NCBI GenBank assembly: GCA_964016885.1
Contig: OZ024740.1
Span: 77,314,001-77,378,000, forward strand
Length of the DNA stretch: 64,000 bases
Source: Eledone cirrhosa
Taxonomy: Eukaryota
Reading direction: 5' to 3'
This document shows positions 24,001 through 37,330 of this stretch, one piece after another; position 1 is the stretch's first letter; every line of letters starts with the position of its first letter. The position numbers were made by a program, and so were the translations under genes. The notes below the pieces were generated by a model. That model saw nothing but the letters and a program-made list of their open reading frames with translations, did not search any database and was not told where the DNA came from.

Positions 24001-27000
24001 GTTGGTGTTGTTAGCGATGGTATGGGAGTTGGTGTTGCTTTTGGTGTTGGGGATAGAGTGCTGTTGATGTTGGTGTTGTTAGCGATGGTATTGGAGTTGG
24101 CATTGGTGTTGGTGGTGGGGCTGGAGTGCTGTTGATGTTGATGTTGGTGTTGTTAGCGATGGTATTGGAGTTGGTGTTGGTGGTGGGGCTGGAGTGCTGT
24201 TGATGTTGATGTTGGTGTTGTTAGCGATGGTATTGGAGTTGGTGTTGGTGGTGGGGCTGGAGTGCTGTTGATGTTGATGTTGGTGTTGTTAGCGATGGTA
24301 TTGGAGTTGGTGTTGGTGTTGGTGGTGGGACTGGAGTGCTGTTGATGTTGATGTTGGTGTTGTTAGCGATGGTATTGGAGTTGGTGTTGGTGTTGGTGGT
24401 GGGGCTGGAGTGCTGTTGATGTTGATGTTGGTGTTGTTAGCGATGGTATTGGAGTTGGTGTTGGTGTTGGTGGTGGGGCTGGAGTGCTGTTGATGTTGAT
24501 GTTGGTGTTGTTAGCGATGGTATTGGAGTTGGTGTTGGTGTTGGTGGTGGGACTGGAGTGCTGTTGATGTTGATGTTGGTGTTGTTAGCGATGGTATTGG
24601 AGTTGGTGTTGGTGTTGGTGGTGGGGCTGGAGTGCTGTTGATGTTGATGTTGGTGTTGTTAGCGATGGTATTGGAGTTGGCGTCGGTGTTGGTGGTGGGG
24701 CTGGAGTGTTGTTGATGTTGATGTTGGTGTTGTTAGCGATGGTATTGGAGTTGGTGTTGGTGGTGGAGCTGGAGTGTTGTTGATGTTGATGTTGGTGTTG
24801 TTAGCGATGTTATTGGAGGTGGCGTTGGTGTTGGTGCTGGGGCTGGAGTGCTGTTGATGTTGATGTTCGTATTGTTAGCGATGGTATTGGAGTTGGTGTT
24901 GGTGTTGGTGGTGCGGCTGGAGTGCTGTTGATGTTGATGTTGGTGTTGTTAGCGATGGAATTGGATTTGGCGTTGGTGTTGGTGTTGGTGTTGGTGGTGG
25001 GGTTGGAGTGCTGTTGATGTTCATGTTGGTGTTGTTAGCGATGGTATGGGAGTTGGTTTTGGATTTGGTGTTCGGGCTGGGGTGCTGTTGATGTTGGTGT
25101 TGTTAGCGATAGTATTGGAGTTGTCGTTGGTGTTAGTGTTTATGGTGGGGCTGGAGAGCTGTTGCTGTTGATGTTAGTGTTGTTAGCGATGGTATGGGAG
25201 TTGGTGTTGGTGGAGGGCTGGAGTGCTGTTGATGTTGATGTTGGTGTTGTTAGCGATGGTATGGGAGTTGGTGTTGGTTTTGGTGTTGGGGCTGGAGTGC
25301 TGTTGATGTTGGTGTTGTTAGCGATGGTATTGGAGGTGGCATTGGTGTTGGTGGTGGAGCTGGAGTGCTGTTGATGTTGATGTTGGTGTTGTTAGCGATG
25401 GTATGGGAGTTGGCGTCGGTGTTGGTGGTGGGGCTGGAGTGTTGTTGATGTTGATGTTGGTGTTGTTAGCGATGGTATTGGAGTTGTTGTTGGTGGTGGA
25501 GCTGGAGTGTTGTTCATGTTGATGTTGGTGTTGTTAGCGATGGTATTGGAGTTGGCATTGGTGTTGGTGTTGGGGCTGGAGTGCTGTTGTTGTTGATATT
25601 GGTGTTGTTAGCGATGGTATTGGAGTTGGTGTTCATGTTGGTGGTGGGGCTGGAGTGCTGTTGATGTTGATATTGGTGTTGTTAGCGATGGTATTGGAGT
25701 TGGTGTTGGTGTTGGTGGTGGGGCTGGAGTGCTGTTGATGTTGATGTTGGTGTTGTTAGCGATGGTATTGGAGTTGGTGTTGGAATTGGTGGTGGGGCTG
25801 GAGTACTGTTGATGTTGATGTTGGTGTTGTTAGCGATGGTATTGGAGTTGGCTTTGGTGTTGGTGGTGGGGCTGGAGTGTTGTTGATATTGATGTTGGTG
25901 TTGTTAGCGATGGTATTGGAGTTGATGTTGGTGTTGGTGGTGGGGCTGGAGTGCTGATGATGTTGATGTTGGTGTTGTTAGCGATGGTATTGGAGTTGGT
26001 GTTGGTGGTGGTGGTGGGGCTGGAGTGCTGTTGATGTTGATGTTGGTGTTGTTAGCGATGGTGTTGGTGTTGGTGTTGGGGCTGTTGTGCTGTTGATGTT
26101 GATCTTGGTGTTGTTAGCGATGGTATTGGAGTTGGCGTTGGTGTTGGTGTTGGGGCTGGAGTGCTGTTGATGTTGGTGTTGTTAGCGATGGTATTGGAGT
26201 TGGCATTGGTGTTGGTGGTGGAGCTGGAGTGCTGTTGATGTTGATGTTGGTGTTGTTAGCGATGGTATGGGAGTTGGTGTTGCTTTTGGTGTTGGGGATA
26301 GAGTGCTGTTGATGTTGGTGTTTATAGCGATGGTATTGGAGTTGGCATTGGTGTTGGTGGTGGGGCTGGAGTGCTGTTGATGTTGATGTTGGTGTTGTTA
26401 GCGATGGTATTGGAGTTGGTGTTGGTGGTGGGGCTGGAGTGCTGTTGATGTTGATGTTGGTGTTGTTAGCGATGGTATTGGAGTTGGTGTTGGTGGTGGG
26501 GCTGGAGTGCTGTTGATGTTGATGTTGGTGTTGTTAGCGATGGTATTGGAGTTGGTGTTGGTGTTGGTGGTGGGACTGGAGTGCTGTTGATGTTGATGTT
26601 GGTGTTGTTAGCGATGGTATTGGAGTTGGTGTTGGTGTTGGAGGTGGGGCTGGAGTGCTGTTGATGTTGATGTTGGTGTTGTTAGCGATGGTATTGGAGT
26701 TGGTGTTGGTGTTGGTGGTGGGGCTGGAGTGCTGTTGATGTTGATGTTGGTGTTGTTAGCGATGGTATTGGAGTTGGTGTTGGTGTTGGTTGTGGGACTG
26801 GAGTGCTGTTGATGTTGATGTTGGTGTTGTTAGCGATGGTATTGGAGTTGGTGTTGGTGTTGGTGGTGGGGCTGGAGTGCTGTTGATGTTGATGTTGGTG
26901 TTGTTAGCGATGGTATTGGAGTTGGCGTCGGTGTTGGTGGTGGGGCTGGAGTGTTGTTGATGTTGATGTTGGTGTTGTTAGCGATGGTATTGGAGTTGGT

Positions 27001-30000
27001 GTTGGTGGTGGAGCTGGAGTGTTGTTGATGTTGATGTTGGTGTTGTTAGCGATGTTATTGGAGGTGGCGTTGGTGTTGGTGCTGGGGCTGGAGTGCTGTT
27101 GATGTTGATGTTCGTATTGTTAGCGATGGTATTGGAGTTGGTGTTGGTGTTGGTGTTGGTGCTGGAGTGCTGTTGATGTTGATGTTGGTGTTGTTAGCGA
27201 TGGTATTGGAGTTGGCGTTGGTGTTGGTGTTGGGGCTGGAGTGATGTTTATGTTGATGTTGGTGTTGTTAGCGATGGTATTGGAGTTGGCGTTGGTGTTG
27301 GTGTTGGTGGTGTGGCTGGAGTGCTGTTGATATTGATGTTGGTGTTGTTAGCAATGGTATTGGAGTTGGTGTTGGTGTTGGTGGTGGGGCTGGAGTGCAG
27401 TTGCTGTTGATGTTGGTGTTGTTAGCGATGGTTTGCGTGTTGGCGTTGGTGTTGGTGGTGGCGCTGGAATGCTGTTTATGTTGATGTTGGTGTTGTTAGC
27501 GATGGTATTGGAGTTGGCGATGGTGTTGGTGTTGGTGGTGGGGCTGGAGTGCTGTTGATGTTGATGTTGGTGTTGTTAGCGATGGTATTGGAGTTGGCGT
27601 TGGCGTTGGTGTTGGGGCTTGAGTGCTGTTGATGTTGATATTGATGTTGTTAGCGATGGTATTGGAGTTGGTGTTGGTGTTGGTGGTGGGGCTGGAGTGC
27701 TGTTGATGTTGATATTGGTGTTGTTAGCGATGGTATTGGAGTTGGCGTTGGTGTTGGTGGTGGGGCTGGCGTGCTGTTGATGTTGATGTTGGTGTTATTA
27801 GCGATGGTGTTGGAGTTGGCGTTGGTGTTGGTGGTGGGGCTGGAGTGCTGTTGATGTTGAAGCTGGTGTTGTTAGCGATGGTATTGGAGTTGGTGCTGGT
27901 GTTGATAGTGGGGCTGGAATGGTGTTGAGGTTGATGTTGGTGTTGTTAGCGATGGTATTGGAGTTGGCGTTGGTGTTGGTGGTGGGGCGGGAGTGCTGTT
28001 GGTGTTGATGTTGGTGTTGTTAGCGATGGTATTGGAGTTGGCGTTGGTGTTGCTGGTGGGGCGGGATTGCTGTTGATGTTGATGTTGGTGTTGTTAGCGA
28101 TGTTATTGGAGGTGGCGTTGGTGTTGGTTGCGGGGCTGGAGTGCTGTTGATGTTGATGTTGGTGTTGTTAGCGATGTTATTGGAGTTGGTGTTGGTGTTG
28201 GTGGTGGGGCTAGAGTGCTGTTGATGTTGATATTGGTGTTATTAGCGATGGTATTGGAGTAGGCGTTGGTGTTGGTGGTGGGGCTGGAGTGTTGTTGATG
28301 TTGATGTTGGTGTTGTTAGCGATGGTATTGGAGTTGGCGTTGCTGTTGGTGTTGGTGGTGGGGCTGGCGTGCTGTTGGTGTTGATGTTGGTGTTGTTAGC
28401 GATGGTATTGGAGTTGGCGTTGGTGTTGGTGGTGGGGCGGGAGTGCTGTTGATGTTGATGTTGGTGTTGTTAGCGATGTTATTGGAGGTGGCGTTGGTGT
28501 TGGTTGTGGGGCTGGAGTGCTGTTGATGTTGATGTTGGTGTTGTTAGCGATGTTATTGGAGTTGGTGTTGGTGTTGGTGGTCGGGCTGGAGTGCTGTTGA
28601 TGTTGATATTGGTGTTATTAGCGATGGTATTGGAGTAGGCGTTGGTGTTGTTGGTGGGGCTGGAGTGTTGTTGATGTTGATGTTGGTGTTGTTAGCGATG
28701 GTATTGGAGTTGGCGTTGGTGTTGGTGTTGGTGGTGAGGCTGGAGTGCTGTTGATGTTGATTTTGGTGTTGTTAGCGGTGGTATTGGAGGTGGCGTTGGT
28801 GTTGGTGTTGGTGGTGAAGCTGGAGTGCTGTTGATGTTGATGTTGGGGTTGTTAGCGATGGTATTGGAGTTGGCGTTGGTGTTGGTGGTGGGGCTGGAGT
28901 GCTGTTGATGTTGATGTTGGTGTTGTTAGCGATGGTATTGGAGTTGGCGTTGGTGTTGGTGTTGGTGGTGGGGCTGGAGTGCTGTTGATGTTGATGTTGG
29001 GGTTGTTAGCGATGGTATTGGAGTTGGTGTTGGTATTGGTGTTGGTGGTGGGGCTGGAGTGCTGTTGATTTTGATGTTGGTGTTGTTAGCGATGGTATTG
29101 GCGTTGGTGTTGGTGTTGGTGGTGGGGTTGGAGTGCTGTTGATGTTGATGTTGGTGTTGTTAGCGATGGTATTGGAGTTGGCGTTGATGTTGGTGGTGGG
29201 GCTGGAGTGCTGTTGATGTTGATGTTGGTGTTGTTAGCGATGGTATTGGAGTTGGCGTTGGTGTTGGTGGTGGGGCTGGAGTGCTGTTGATGTTGATGTT
29301 GGTGTTGTTAGCGATGGTATTGGAGTTGGCGTTGGTGTTGGTGGTGGGGCTGGAGTGCTGTTGATGTTGATGTTGGTGTTGTTAGCGATGGTATTGGAGT
29401 TGGCGTTGGTGTTGGTGGTGGGGCTGGAGTGCTGTTGATGTTGATGTTGGTGTTGTTAGCGATGGTATTGGAGTTGGCGTTGGTGTTGGTGGTGGGGCTG
29501 GAGTGCTGTTGATGTTGATGTTGGTGTTGTTAGCGATGGTATTGGAGTTGGCGTTGGTGTTGGTGGTGGGGCTGGAGTGCTGTTGATGTTGATGTTGGGG
29601 TTGTTAGCGATGGTATTGGAGTTGGTGTTGATGTTGGTGGTGGGGCTGGAGTGCTGTTGATGTTGATGTTGGTGTTGTTAGCGATGGTATTGGAGTTGGC
29701 GTTGGTGTTGGTGGTGGGGCTGGAGTGCTGTTGATGTTGATGTTGGTGTTGTTAGCGATGGTATTGGAGTTGGCGTTGGTGTTGGTGGTGGGGCTGGAGT
29801 GCTGTTGATGTTGATGTTGGGGTTGTTAGCGATGGTTTTGGAGTTGGCGTCGGTGTTGGTGGTGGGGCTGGAGTGCTGTTGATGTTGATGTTGGTGTTGT
29901 TAGCGATGGTATTGGAGGTGGCGTTGGTGTTGGTGGTGGGGCTGGACTGCTGTTGATGTTGATGTTGGTGTTGTTAGCGATGGTATTGGAGTTGGCGTTG

Positions 30001-33000
30001 GTGTTGGTGGTGGGGCTGGAGTGCTGTTGATGTTGATATTGGTGTTGTTAGCGATGGTATTGGAGGTGGCGTTGGTGTTGGTGGTGGGGCTGGAGTGCTG
30101 TTGATGTTGATGTTGGTGTTGTTAGCGATGGTATTGGAGTTGGTGTTGGTGTTGGTGTTGTTGGTGGGGCTGGAGTGCTGTTGATGTTGATGTTGGTGTT
30201 GTTAGCGATGGTATTGGAGTTGGCGTCGGTGTTGGTGGTGGGGCTGGAGTGCTGTTGATGTTGATGTTGGTGTTGTTAGCGATGGTATTGGAGTTGGTGT
30301 TGGTGTTGGTGTTGGTGGTGGGGCTGGAGTGCTGTTGATGTTGATATTGGTGTTGTTATCGATGGTATTGGAGGTGGCGTTGGTGTTGGTGGTGGGGCTG
30401 GAGTGCTGTTGATGTTGATGTTGGTGTTGTTAGCGATGGTATTGGAGTTGGTGTTGGTGTTGGTGTTGGTGGTGGGGCTGGAGTGCTGTTGATGTTGATA
30501 TTGGTGTTGTTAGCGATGGTATTGGAGGTGGCGTTGGTGTTGGTGGTGGGGCTGGAGTGCTGTTGATGTTGATGTTGGTGTTGTTAGCGATGGTATTGGA
30601 GTTGGTGTTGGTGTTGGTGTTGGTGGTGGGGCTGGAGTGCTGTTGATGTTGATGTTGGTGTTGGTAGCGATGGTATTGGAGTCGGCGTTGGTGTTGGTGG
30701 TGGGGCTGGAGTGTTGTTGATGTTGATGTTGGTGTTGTTAGCGATGGTATTGGAGTTGGCGTTGGTGTTGGTGTTGGTGGTGGGGCTGGAGTGTTGTTGA
30801 TGTTGATGTTGGTGTTGTTAGCGATGGTATTGGAGTTGGTGTTGGTGTTGGTGTTGGTGGTGGGGCTGGAGTGCTGTTGATGTTGATATTGGTGTTATTA
30901 GCGATGGTATTGGAGTAGGCGTTGGTGTTGGTGGTGGGGCTGGAGTGTTGTTGATGTTGATGTTTGTGTTGTTAGCGATGGTGTTGGAGTTGGCGTTGGT
31001 GTTGGTGTTGGTGGTGGGGCTGGAGTGCTGTTGATGTTGATGTTGGTGTTGGTAGCGATGGTATTGGAGTTGGCGTTGGTGTTGGTGTTGGTGGTGGGGC
31101 TGGAGTGCTGTTGATGTTGATGTTGGTGTTGTTAGAGATGTCATTGGAGGTGGCGTTGGTGTTGGTGTTGGTGGTGGGGCTGGAGTGCTGTTGATGTTGA
31201 TGTTGGTGTTGTTAGCGATGTCATTGGAGTTGATGTTGGTGTTGGTGTTGGTGTTGTTAGCGATGGTATTGGAGTTGGCGTTGGTGTTGGTGGTGGGGCT
31301 GGAGTGCTGTTGATGTTGATGTTGGTGTTGTTAGCGATGGTATTGGAGTTGGCGTTGGTGTTGGTGGTGGGGCTGGAGTGCTGTTGATGTTGATGTTGGT
31401 GTTGTTAGCGATGGTATTCGAGTTGGCGTTGGTGTTGGTGGTGGGGCTGGAGTGCTGTTGATGTTGGTGTTGTTAGCGATGGTATTCGAGTTGGTGTTGG
31501 TGTTGGTGGTGGGGCTGGAGTGCTGTTGATGTTGATGTTGGTGTTGTTAGCGATGGTATTCGAGTTGGCGTTGGTGTTGGTGGTGGGCTGGCGTGCTGTT
31601 GATGTTGATTTTGCTGTTGCTAGCAATGGTATTCGAGTTGGCGTTGGTGTTGGTGTTGGGGCTGGAGTGCTGTTGATGTTGATTTTGCTGTTGTTAGCGA
31701 TGGTATTGGAGTTGGCGTTGGTGTTGGTGGTGGGGCTGGAGTGCTGTTGATGTTGGTGTTGTTAGCGATGGTATTGGAGTTGGCGTTGGTGTTGGTGGTG
31801 GGGCTGGAGTGCTGTTGATGTTGATGTTGGTGTTGTTAGCGATGGTATTGGAGTTGGCGTTGGTGTTGGTGGTGGGGCTGGAGTGCTGTTGATGTTGATG
31901 TTGGTGTTGTTAGCGATGGTATTGGAGTTGGCGTTGGTGTTGGTGGTGGGGCTGGAGTGCTGTTGATGTTGATGTTGGGGTTGTTAGCGATGGTATTGGA
32001 GTTGGCGTTGATGTTGGTGGTGGGGCTGGAGTGCTGTTGATGTTGATGTTGGTGTTGTTAGCGATGGTATTGGAGTTGGCGTTGGTGTTGGTGGTGGGGC
32101 TGGAGTGCTGTTGATGTTGATGTTGGTGTTGTTAGCGATGGTATTGGAGTTGGCGTTGGTGTTGGTGGTGGGGCTGGAGTGCTGTTGATGTTGATGTTGG
32201 GGTTGTTAGCGATGGTTTTGGAGTTGGCGTCGGTGTTGGTGGTGGGGCTGGAGTGCTGTTGATGTTGATGTTGGTGTTGTTAGCGATGGTATTGGAGGTG
32301 GCGTTGGTGTTGGTGGTGGGGCTGGAGTGCTGTTGATGTTGATGTTGGTGTTGTTAGCGATGGTATTGGAGTTGGTGTTGGTGTTGGTGTTGTTGGTGGG
32401 GCTGGAGTGCTGTTGATGTTGATGTTGGTGTTGGTAGCGATGGTATTGGAGTTGGCGTCGGTGTTGGTGGTGGGGCTGGAGTGCTGTTGATGTTGATGTT
32501 GGTGTTGTTAGCGATGGTATTGGAGGTGGCGTTGGTGTTGGTGGTGGGGCTGGAGTGCTGTTGATGTTGATGTTGGTGTTGTTAGCGATGGTATTGGAGT
32601 TGGCGTTGGTGTTGGTGGTGGGGCTGGAGTGCTGTTGATGTTGATGTTGGTGTTGTTAGCGATGGTATTGGAGGTGGCGTTGGTGTTGGTGGTGGGACTG
32701 GAGTGCTGTTGATGTTGATGTTGGTGTTGTTAGCGATGGTATTGGAGTTGGTGTTGGTGTTGGTGTTGTTGGTGGGGCTGGAGTGCTGTTGATGTTGATG
32801 TTGGTGTTGTTAGCGATGGTATTGGAGTTGGCGTCGGTGTTGGTGGTGGGGCTGGAGTGCTGTTGATGTTGATGTTGGTGTTGTTAGCGATGGTATTGGA
32901 GTTGGTGTTGGTGTTGGTGTTGGTGGTGGGGCTGGAGTGCTGTTGATGTTGATATTGGTGTTGTTAGCGATGGTATTGGAGGTGGCGTTGGTGTTGGTGG

Positions 33001-36000
33001 TGGGGCTGGAGTGCTGTTGATGTTGATGTTGGTGTTGTTAGCGATGGTATTGGAGTTGGTGTTGGTGTTGGTGTTGGTGGTGGGGCTGGAGTGCTGTTGA
33101 TGTTGATATTGGTGTTGTTAGCGATGGTATTGGAGGTGGCGTTGGTGTTGGTGGTGGGGCTGGAGTGCTGTTGATGTTGATGTTGGTGTTGTTAGCGATG
33201 GTATTGGAGTTGGTGTTGGTGTTGGTGTTGGTGGTGGGGCTGGAGTGCTGTTGATGTTGATGTTGGTGTTGGTAGCGATGGTATTGGAGTAGGCGTTGGT
33301 GTTGGTGGTGGGGCTGGAGTGTTGTTGATGTTGATGTTGGTGTTGTTAGCGATGGTATTGGAGTTGGCGTTGGTGTTGGTGTTGGTGGTGGGGCTGGAGT
33401 GTTGTTGATGTTGATGTTGGTGTTGTTAGCGATGGTATTGGAGTTGGTGTTGGTGTTGGTGTTGGTGGTGGGGCTGGAGTGCTGTTGATGTTGGTGTTGG
33501 TGTTATTAGCGATGGTATTGGAGTAGGCGTTGGTGTTGGTGGTGGGGCTGGAGTGTTGTTGATGTTGATGTTTGTGTTGTTAGCGATGGTATTGGAGTTG
33601 GCGTTGGTGTTGGTGTTGGTGGTGGGGCTGGAGTGCTGTTGATGTTGATGTTGGTGTTGGTAGCGATGGTATTGGAGTTGGCGTTGGTGTTGGTGTTGGT
33701 GGTGGGGTTGAAGTGCTGTTGATGTTGATGTTGGTGTTGGTGTTGGTGGTGGGGCTGAAGTGCTGTTGATGTTGATGTTGGTGTTGTTAGCGATGGTATT
33801 CGAGTTGGCGTTGGTGTTGGTGGTGGGGCTGGAGTGCTGTTGATGTTGATGTTGGTGTTGGTGTTGGTGGTGGGGCTGAAGTGCTGTTGATGTTGGTGTT
33901 GTTAGCGATGGTATTCGAGTTGGCGTTGGTGTTGGTGGTGGGGCTGGAGTGCTGTTGATGTTGGTGTTGTTAGCGATGGTATTCGAGTTGGTGTTGGTGT
34001 TGGTGGTGGGGCTGGAGTGCTGTTGATGTTGATGTTGGTGTTGTTAGCGATGGTATTCGAGTTGGCGTTGGTGTTGGTGGTGGGCTGGCGTGCTGTTGAT
34101 GTTGATTTTGCTGTTGTTAGCAATGGTATTCGAGTTGGCGTTGGTGTTGGTGGTGGGGCTGGAGTGCTGTTGATGTTGATTTTGCTGTTGTTAGCGATGA
34201 TATTCGAGTTGGTGTTGGTGTTGGTTGTGGGGCTGGAGTGCTGTTGATGTTGGTGTTGTTAGCGATGGTATTGGAGTTGGTGTTGGTGTTGGTGGTGGGG
34301 CTGGAGTACTGTTGATGTTGTTGTTGGTGTTGTTAGAGATGGTATTGGTGTTGGCGTTGGTGTTGGTGTTGGGGCTGGAGTGCTGTTGATGTTGATGTTG
34401 GTGTTGTTAGCGATGTCATTGGAGTTGATGTTGGTGTTGGTGTTGGTGTTGTTAGCGATGGTATTGGAGTTGGCGTTGGTGTTGGTGGTGGGGCTGGAGT
34501 GCTGTTGATGTTGATGTTGGTGTTGTTAGCGATGGTATTGGAGTTGGCGTTGGTGTTGGTGGTGGGGCTGGAGTGCTGTTGATGTTGATGTTGGTGTTGT
34601 TAGCGATGGTATTCGAGTTGGCGTTGGTGTTGGTGTTGGTGGTGGGGCTGGAGTGTTTTTGATGTTGATTTTGCTGTTGTTAGCAATGGTATTCGAGTTG
34701 GCGTTGGTGTTGGTGTTGGTGGTGGGGCTGGAGTGCTGTTGATGTTGATGTTGGTGTTGTTAGCTATGGTATTCGAGTTGGCGTTGGTGTTGGTGTTGGT
34801 GGTGGGGCTGGAGTGCTGTTGATGTTGATTTTGCTGTTGTTTGCAATGGTATTCGAGTTGGCGTTGGTGTTGGTGGTGGGGCTGGAGTGCTGTTGATGTT
34901 GATGTTGGTGTTGGTGTTGGTGGTGGGGCTGGAGTGCTGTTGATGTTGATTTTGCTGTTGTTAGCAATGGTATTCGAGTTGGCGTTGGTGTTGGTGGTGG
35001 GGCTGGAGTGCTGTTGATGTTGATGTTGGTGTTGTTAGCGAAGGTATTCGAGTTGGCGTTGGTGTTGGTGGTGGGGCTGGAGCGCTGTTGATGATGATGT
35101 TGGTGTTGGTGTTGGTGGTGGGGCTGGAGTGCTGTTGATGTTGATCTTGGTGTTGTTAGCGAAGGTATTCGAGTTGGCGTTGGTGTTGGTGGTGGGGCTG
35201 GAGCGCTGTTGATGATGATGTTGGTGTTGGTGTTGGTGGTGGGGCTGGAGTGCTGTTGATGTTGGTGTTGTTAGCGATGGTATTGGTGTTGGCGTTGGTA
35301 TTGGTGGTGGGGCTGGAGTGCTGTTGATGTTGATGTTGGTGTTGTTAGCGATGGTATTGGAGGTGGCGATGGTGTTGGTGGTGGGGCTGGACTGCTGTTG
35401 ATGTTGATGTTGGTGTTGTTAGCGATGGTATTGGAGTTGGTGTTATAGTTGGTGTTGGTGGTGGGGCTGGAGTGCTGTTGATGTTGATGTTGGTGCTGTT
35501 AGCGATGGTATTGGAGTGGGGGTTGGCGTTGGTGGTGGGGCTGGAATGCTGTTGATATTGATGTTGGTGTTGTTAGCGATGGTACTGGAGTGGGGGTTGG
35601 CGTTGGTGGTGGAGCTGGAGTGCTGTTGATGTTGATGTTGGTGTTGTTAGCGATGGTATTGGAGTGGGGGTTGGCGTTGGTGGTGGGGCTGGAATGCTGT
35701 TGATGTTGATGTTGGTGTTGTTAGCGATGGTACTGGAGTGGGGGTTGGCGTTGGTGGTGGAGCTGGAGTGCTGTTGATGTTGATGTTGGTGTTGTTAGCG
35801 ATGGTATTGGAGTGGATGTTGGCGTTGGTGGTGGGGCTGGAGTGCTGTTGATGTTGATGTTGGTGTTGTTAGCGATGGTACTGGAGTGGGGGTTGGCGTT
35901 GGTGGTGGAGCTGGAGTGCTGTTGATGTTGATGTTGGTGTTGTTAACGATGGTATTGGAGTGGGGGTTGGCGTTGGTGGTGGGGCTGGAATGCTGTTGAT

Positions 36001-36750
36001 GTTGATGTTGGTGTTGTTAGCGATGGTATTGGAGTGGGTGTTGGCGTTGGTTGTGGGCCTGGAGTGATGTTGATGTTGATGTTGGTGTTGTTAGCGATGG
36101 TATTGGAGTGGGGGTTGGCGTTGGTGGTGGGGCTGGAATGCTGTTGATGTTGATGTTGGTGTTGTTAGCGATGGTATTCGAGTTGGCGTTGGTGTTGGTG
36201 GTGGGGCTGGAGTGCTGTTGATGTTGATGTTGGTGTTGTTAGCGATGGTATTGGAGTGGGTGTTGGCGTTGGTGGTGGGGCTGGAGTGCTGTTAATGTTG
36301 ATGTTGGTGTTGTTAGCGATGGTATTGGAGTGGGGGTTGGCGTTGGTGGTGGAGCTGGAGTGCTGTTGATGTTGATGTTGGTGTTGTTAGCGATGGTATT
36401 GGAGTGGGTGTTGGCGTTGGTGGTGGGGCTGGAGTGCTGTTGATGTTGATGTTGGTGTTGTTAGCGATGGTATTGGAGTGGGTGTTGGTGATAGTATTGG
36501 TGGTGGTGCTGGAGTGCTGTTGATGTGGATGTTGGTGTTGTTAGCGATGGTATTGGAGTTGGAGTTGGTGGTGGGTTTGGAGTGCTGTTGATGTTGATGT
36601 TGGCGTTGTTACACATGGTATTGAGGAGGCGTTGGTATTGGTGTTGGTGGCGGGGCTGGAGTGCTGTTGATGTTGATGCTGGTGTTGTTAGCGATGGTAT
36701 TGGAGTTGGCGTTGTTGTTGGTGTTGGTGCTGGTGCTTGTTGGTGCTAGT
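1..36750. repeat. Large G/T-rich tandem satellite array, 74-bp monomer (consensus GATGTTGATGTTGGTGTTGTTAGCGATGGTATTGGAGTTGGCGTTGGTGTTGGTGGTGGGGCTGGAGTGCTGTT), roughly 500 monomers, open at the left window edge
   Basis: Period counted directly (e.g. GGTATT at 13561 and 13635). Length variants differ mostly by 6-bp GTTGGT/GTTGAT units. The period is not a multiple of 3, so reading frames rotate and hit stops on both strands. Confidence 0.98.
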
Positions 36751-37139
36751 AGTAGTAGTGTGTGTTGGTGGTGGGGCAGGGGTGATGTTGGTGTTAGTAG
36801 TGGTGGTTTCGTTGTTGGTGGTGCAGCAGAACTGTAATAGTAGTAGAACTCCCAAGAGGGGTGTGTTTGGTGAGATGTTGGGGTAGGAGATGGGATACTT
36901 GTGCGGGGGTGGCTGCTGTCAGAAATAAGGTCTGATGTGGTGGAGAAGAGTGGCAGCAGAGAGGTATTTGTCAACCTACTTGTCAAATGTAGACGACGGT
37001 ATAATGTAATGTAGGAAGTGTTTATGGTGGGGAAGGGAGCGGAAGTATGGAAGTATGGAGGTGGCGGTATCGAATGTGGGTGGGTGGGGAAGGGTGATCA
37101 AGATTCTGGGGATTGTGGTGGTTGTATTATGAGAAGGGT

Positions 37140-37330
37140 TAGCAGTGGTGGCGGCAGCGGCGATTGCAGTGGTGGTGGTGACGGTGGTAGTGGTGGTGGT
37201 AGTAGTGCTGGTGATGGTGTTAGTGGTGGTGGTGGCGGTGGTGGTAGTGGTGGTGGTGGCAGTGGTGGTGGTGGTGGTGGTGGTGGTGATAGTGGTGGTG
37301 ATGGTGATAGTGGTCGTGATGCTAATGGCG
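37140..37330. repeat. Imperfect (GGT)n trinucleotide tract
   Basis: GGTGGTGGT/AGTGGT runs; the poly-T/P/V/G ORFs here are low-complexity artefacts. Confidence 0.9.

Noticed and set aside
84-36749. Numerous hydrophobic, Gly-Val, Pro-Thr and His-Gln ORFs (mucin- or membrane-like)
   Set aside because: All are frame-rotating translations of the 74-bp monomer with periodic stops; there is no unique coding sequence or splice context.
1-36750. Telomeric repeat or CRISPR array interpretation
   Set aside because: TTAGGG occurs only as a rare variant and the G-rich strand points inward from the left edge; there are no unique spacers or cas genes and the context is eukaryotic.
36840-37110. Possible CR1/L2-type LINE 3' remnant on the minus strand (IPRILITLP...STFDK*VDKYL)
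   Set aside because: The resemblance is too weak and low-complexity to support by eye.
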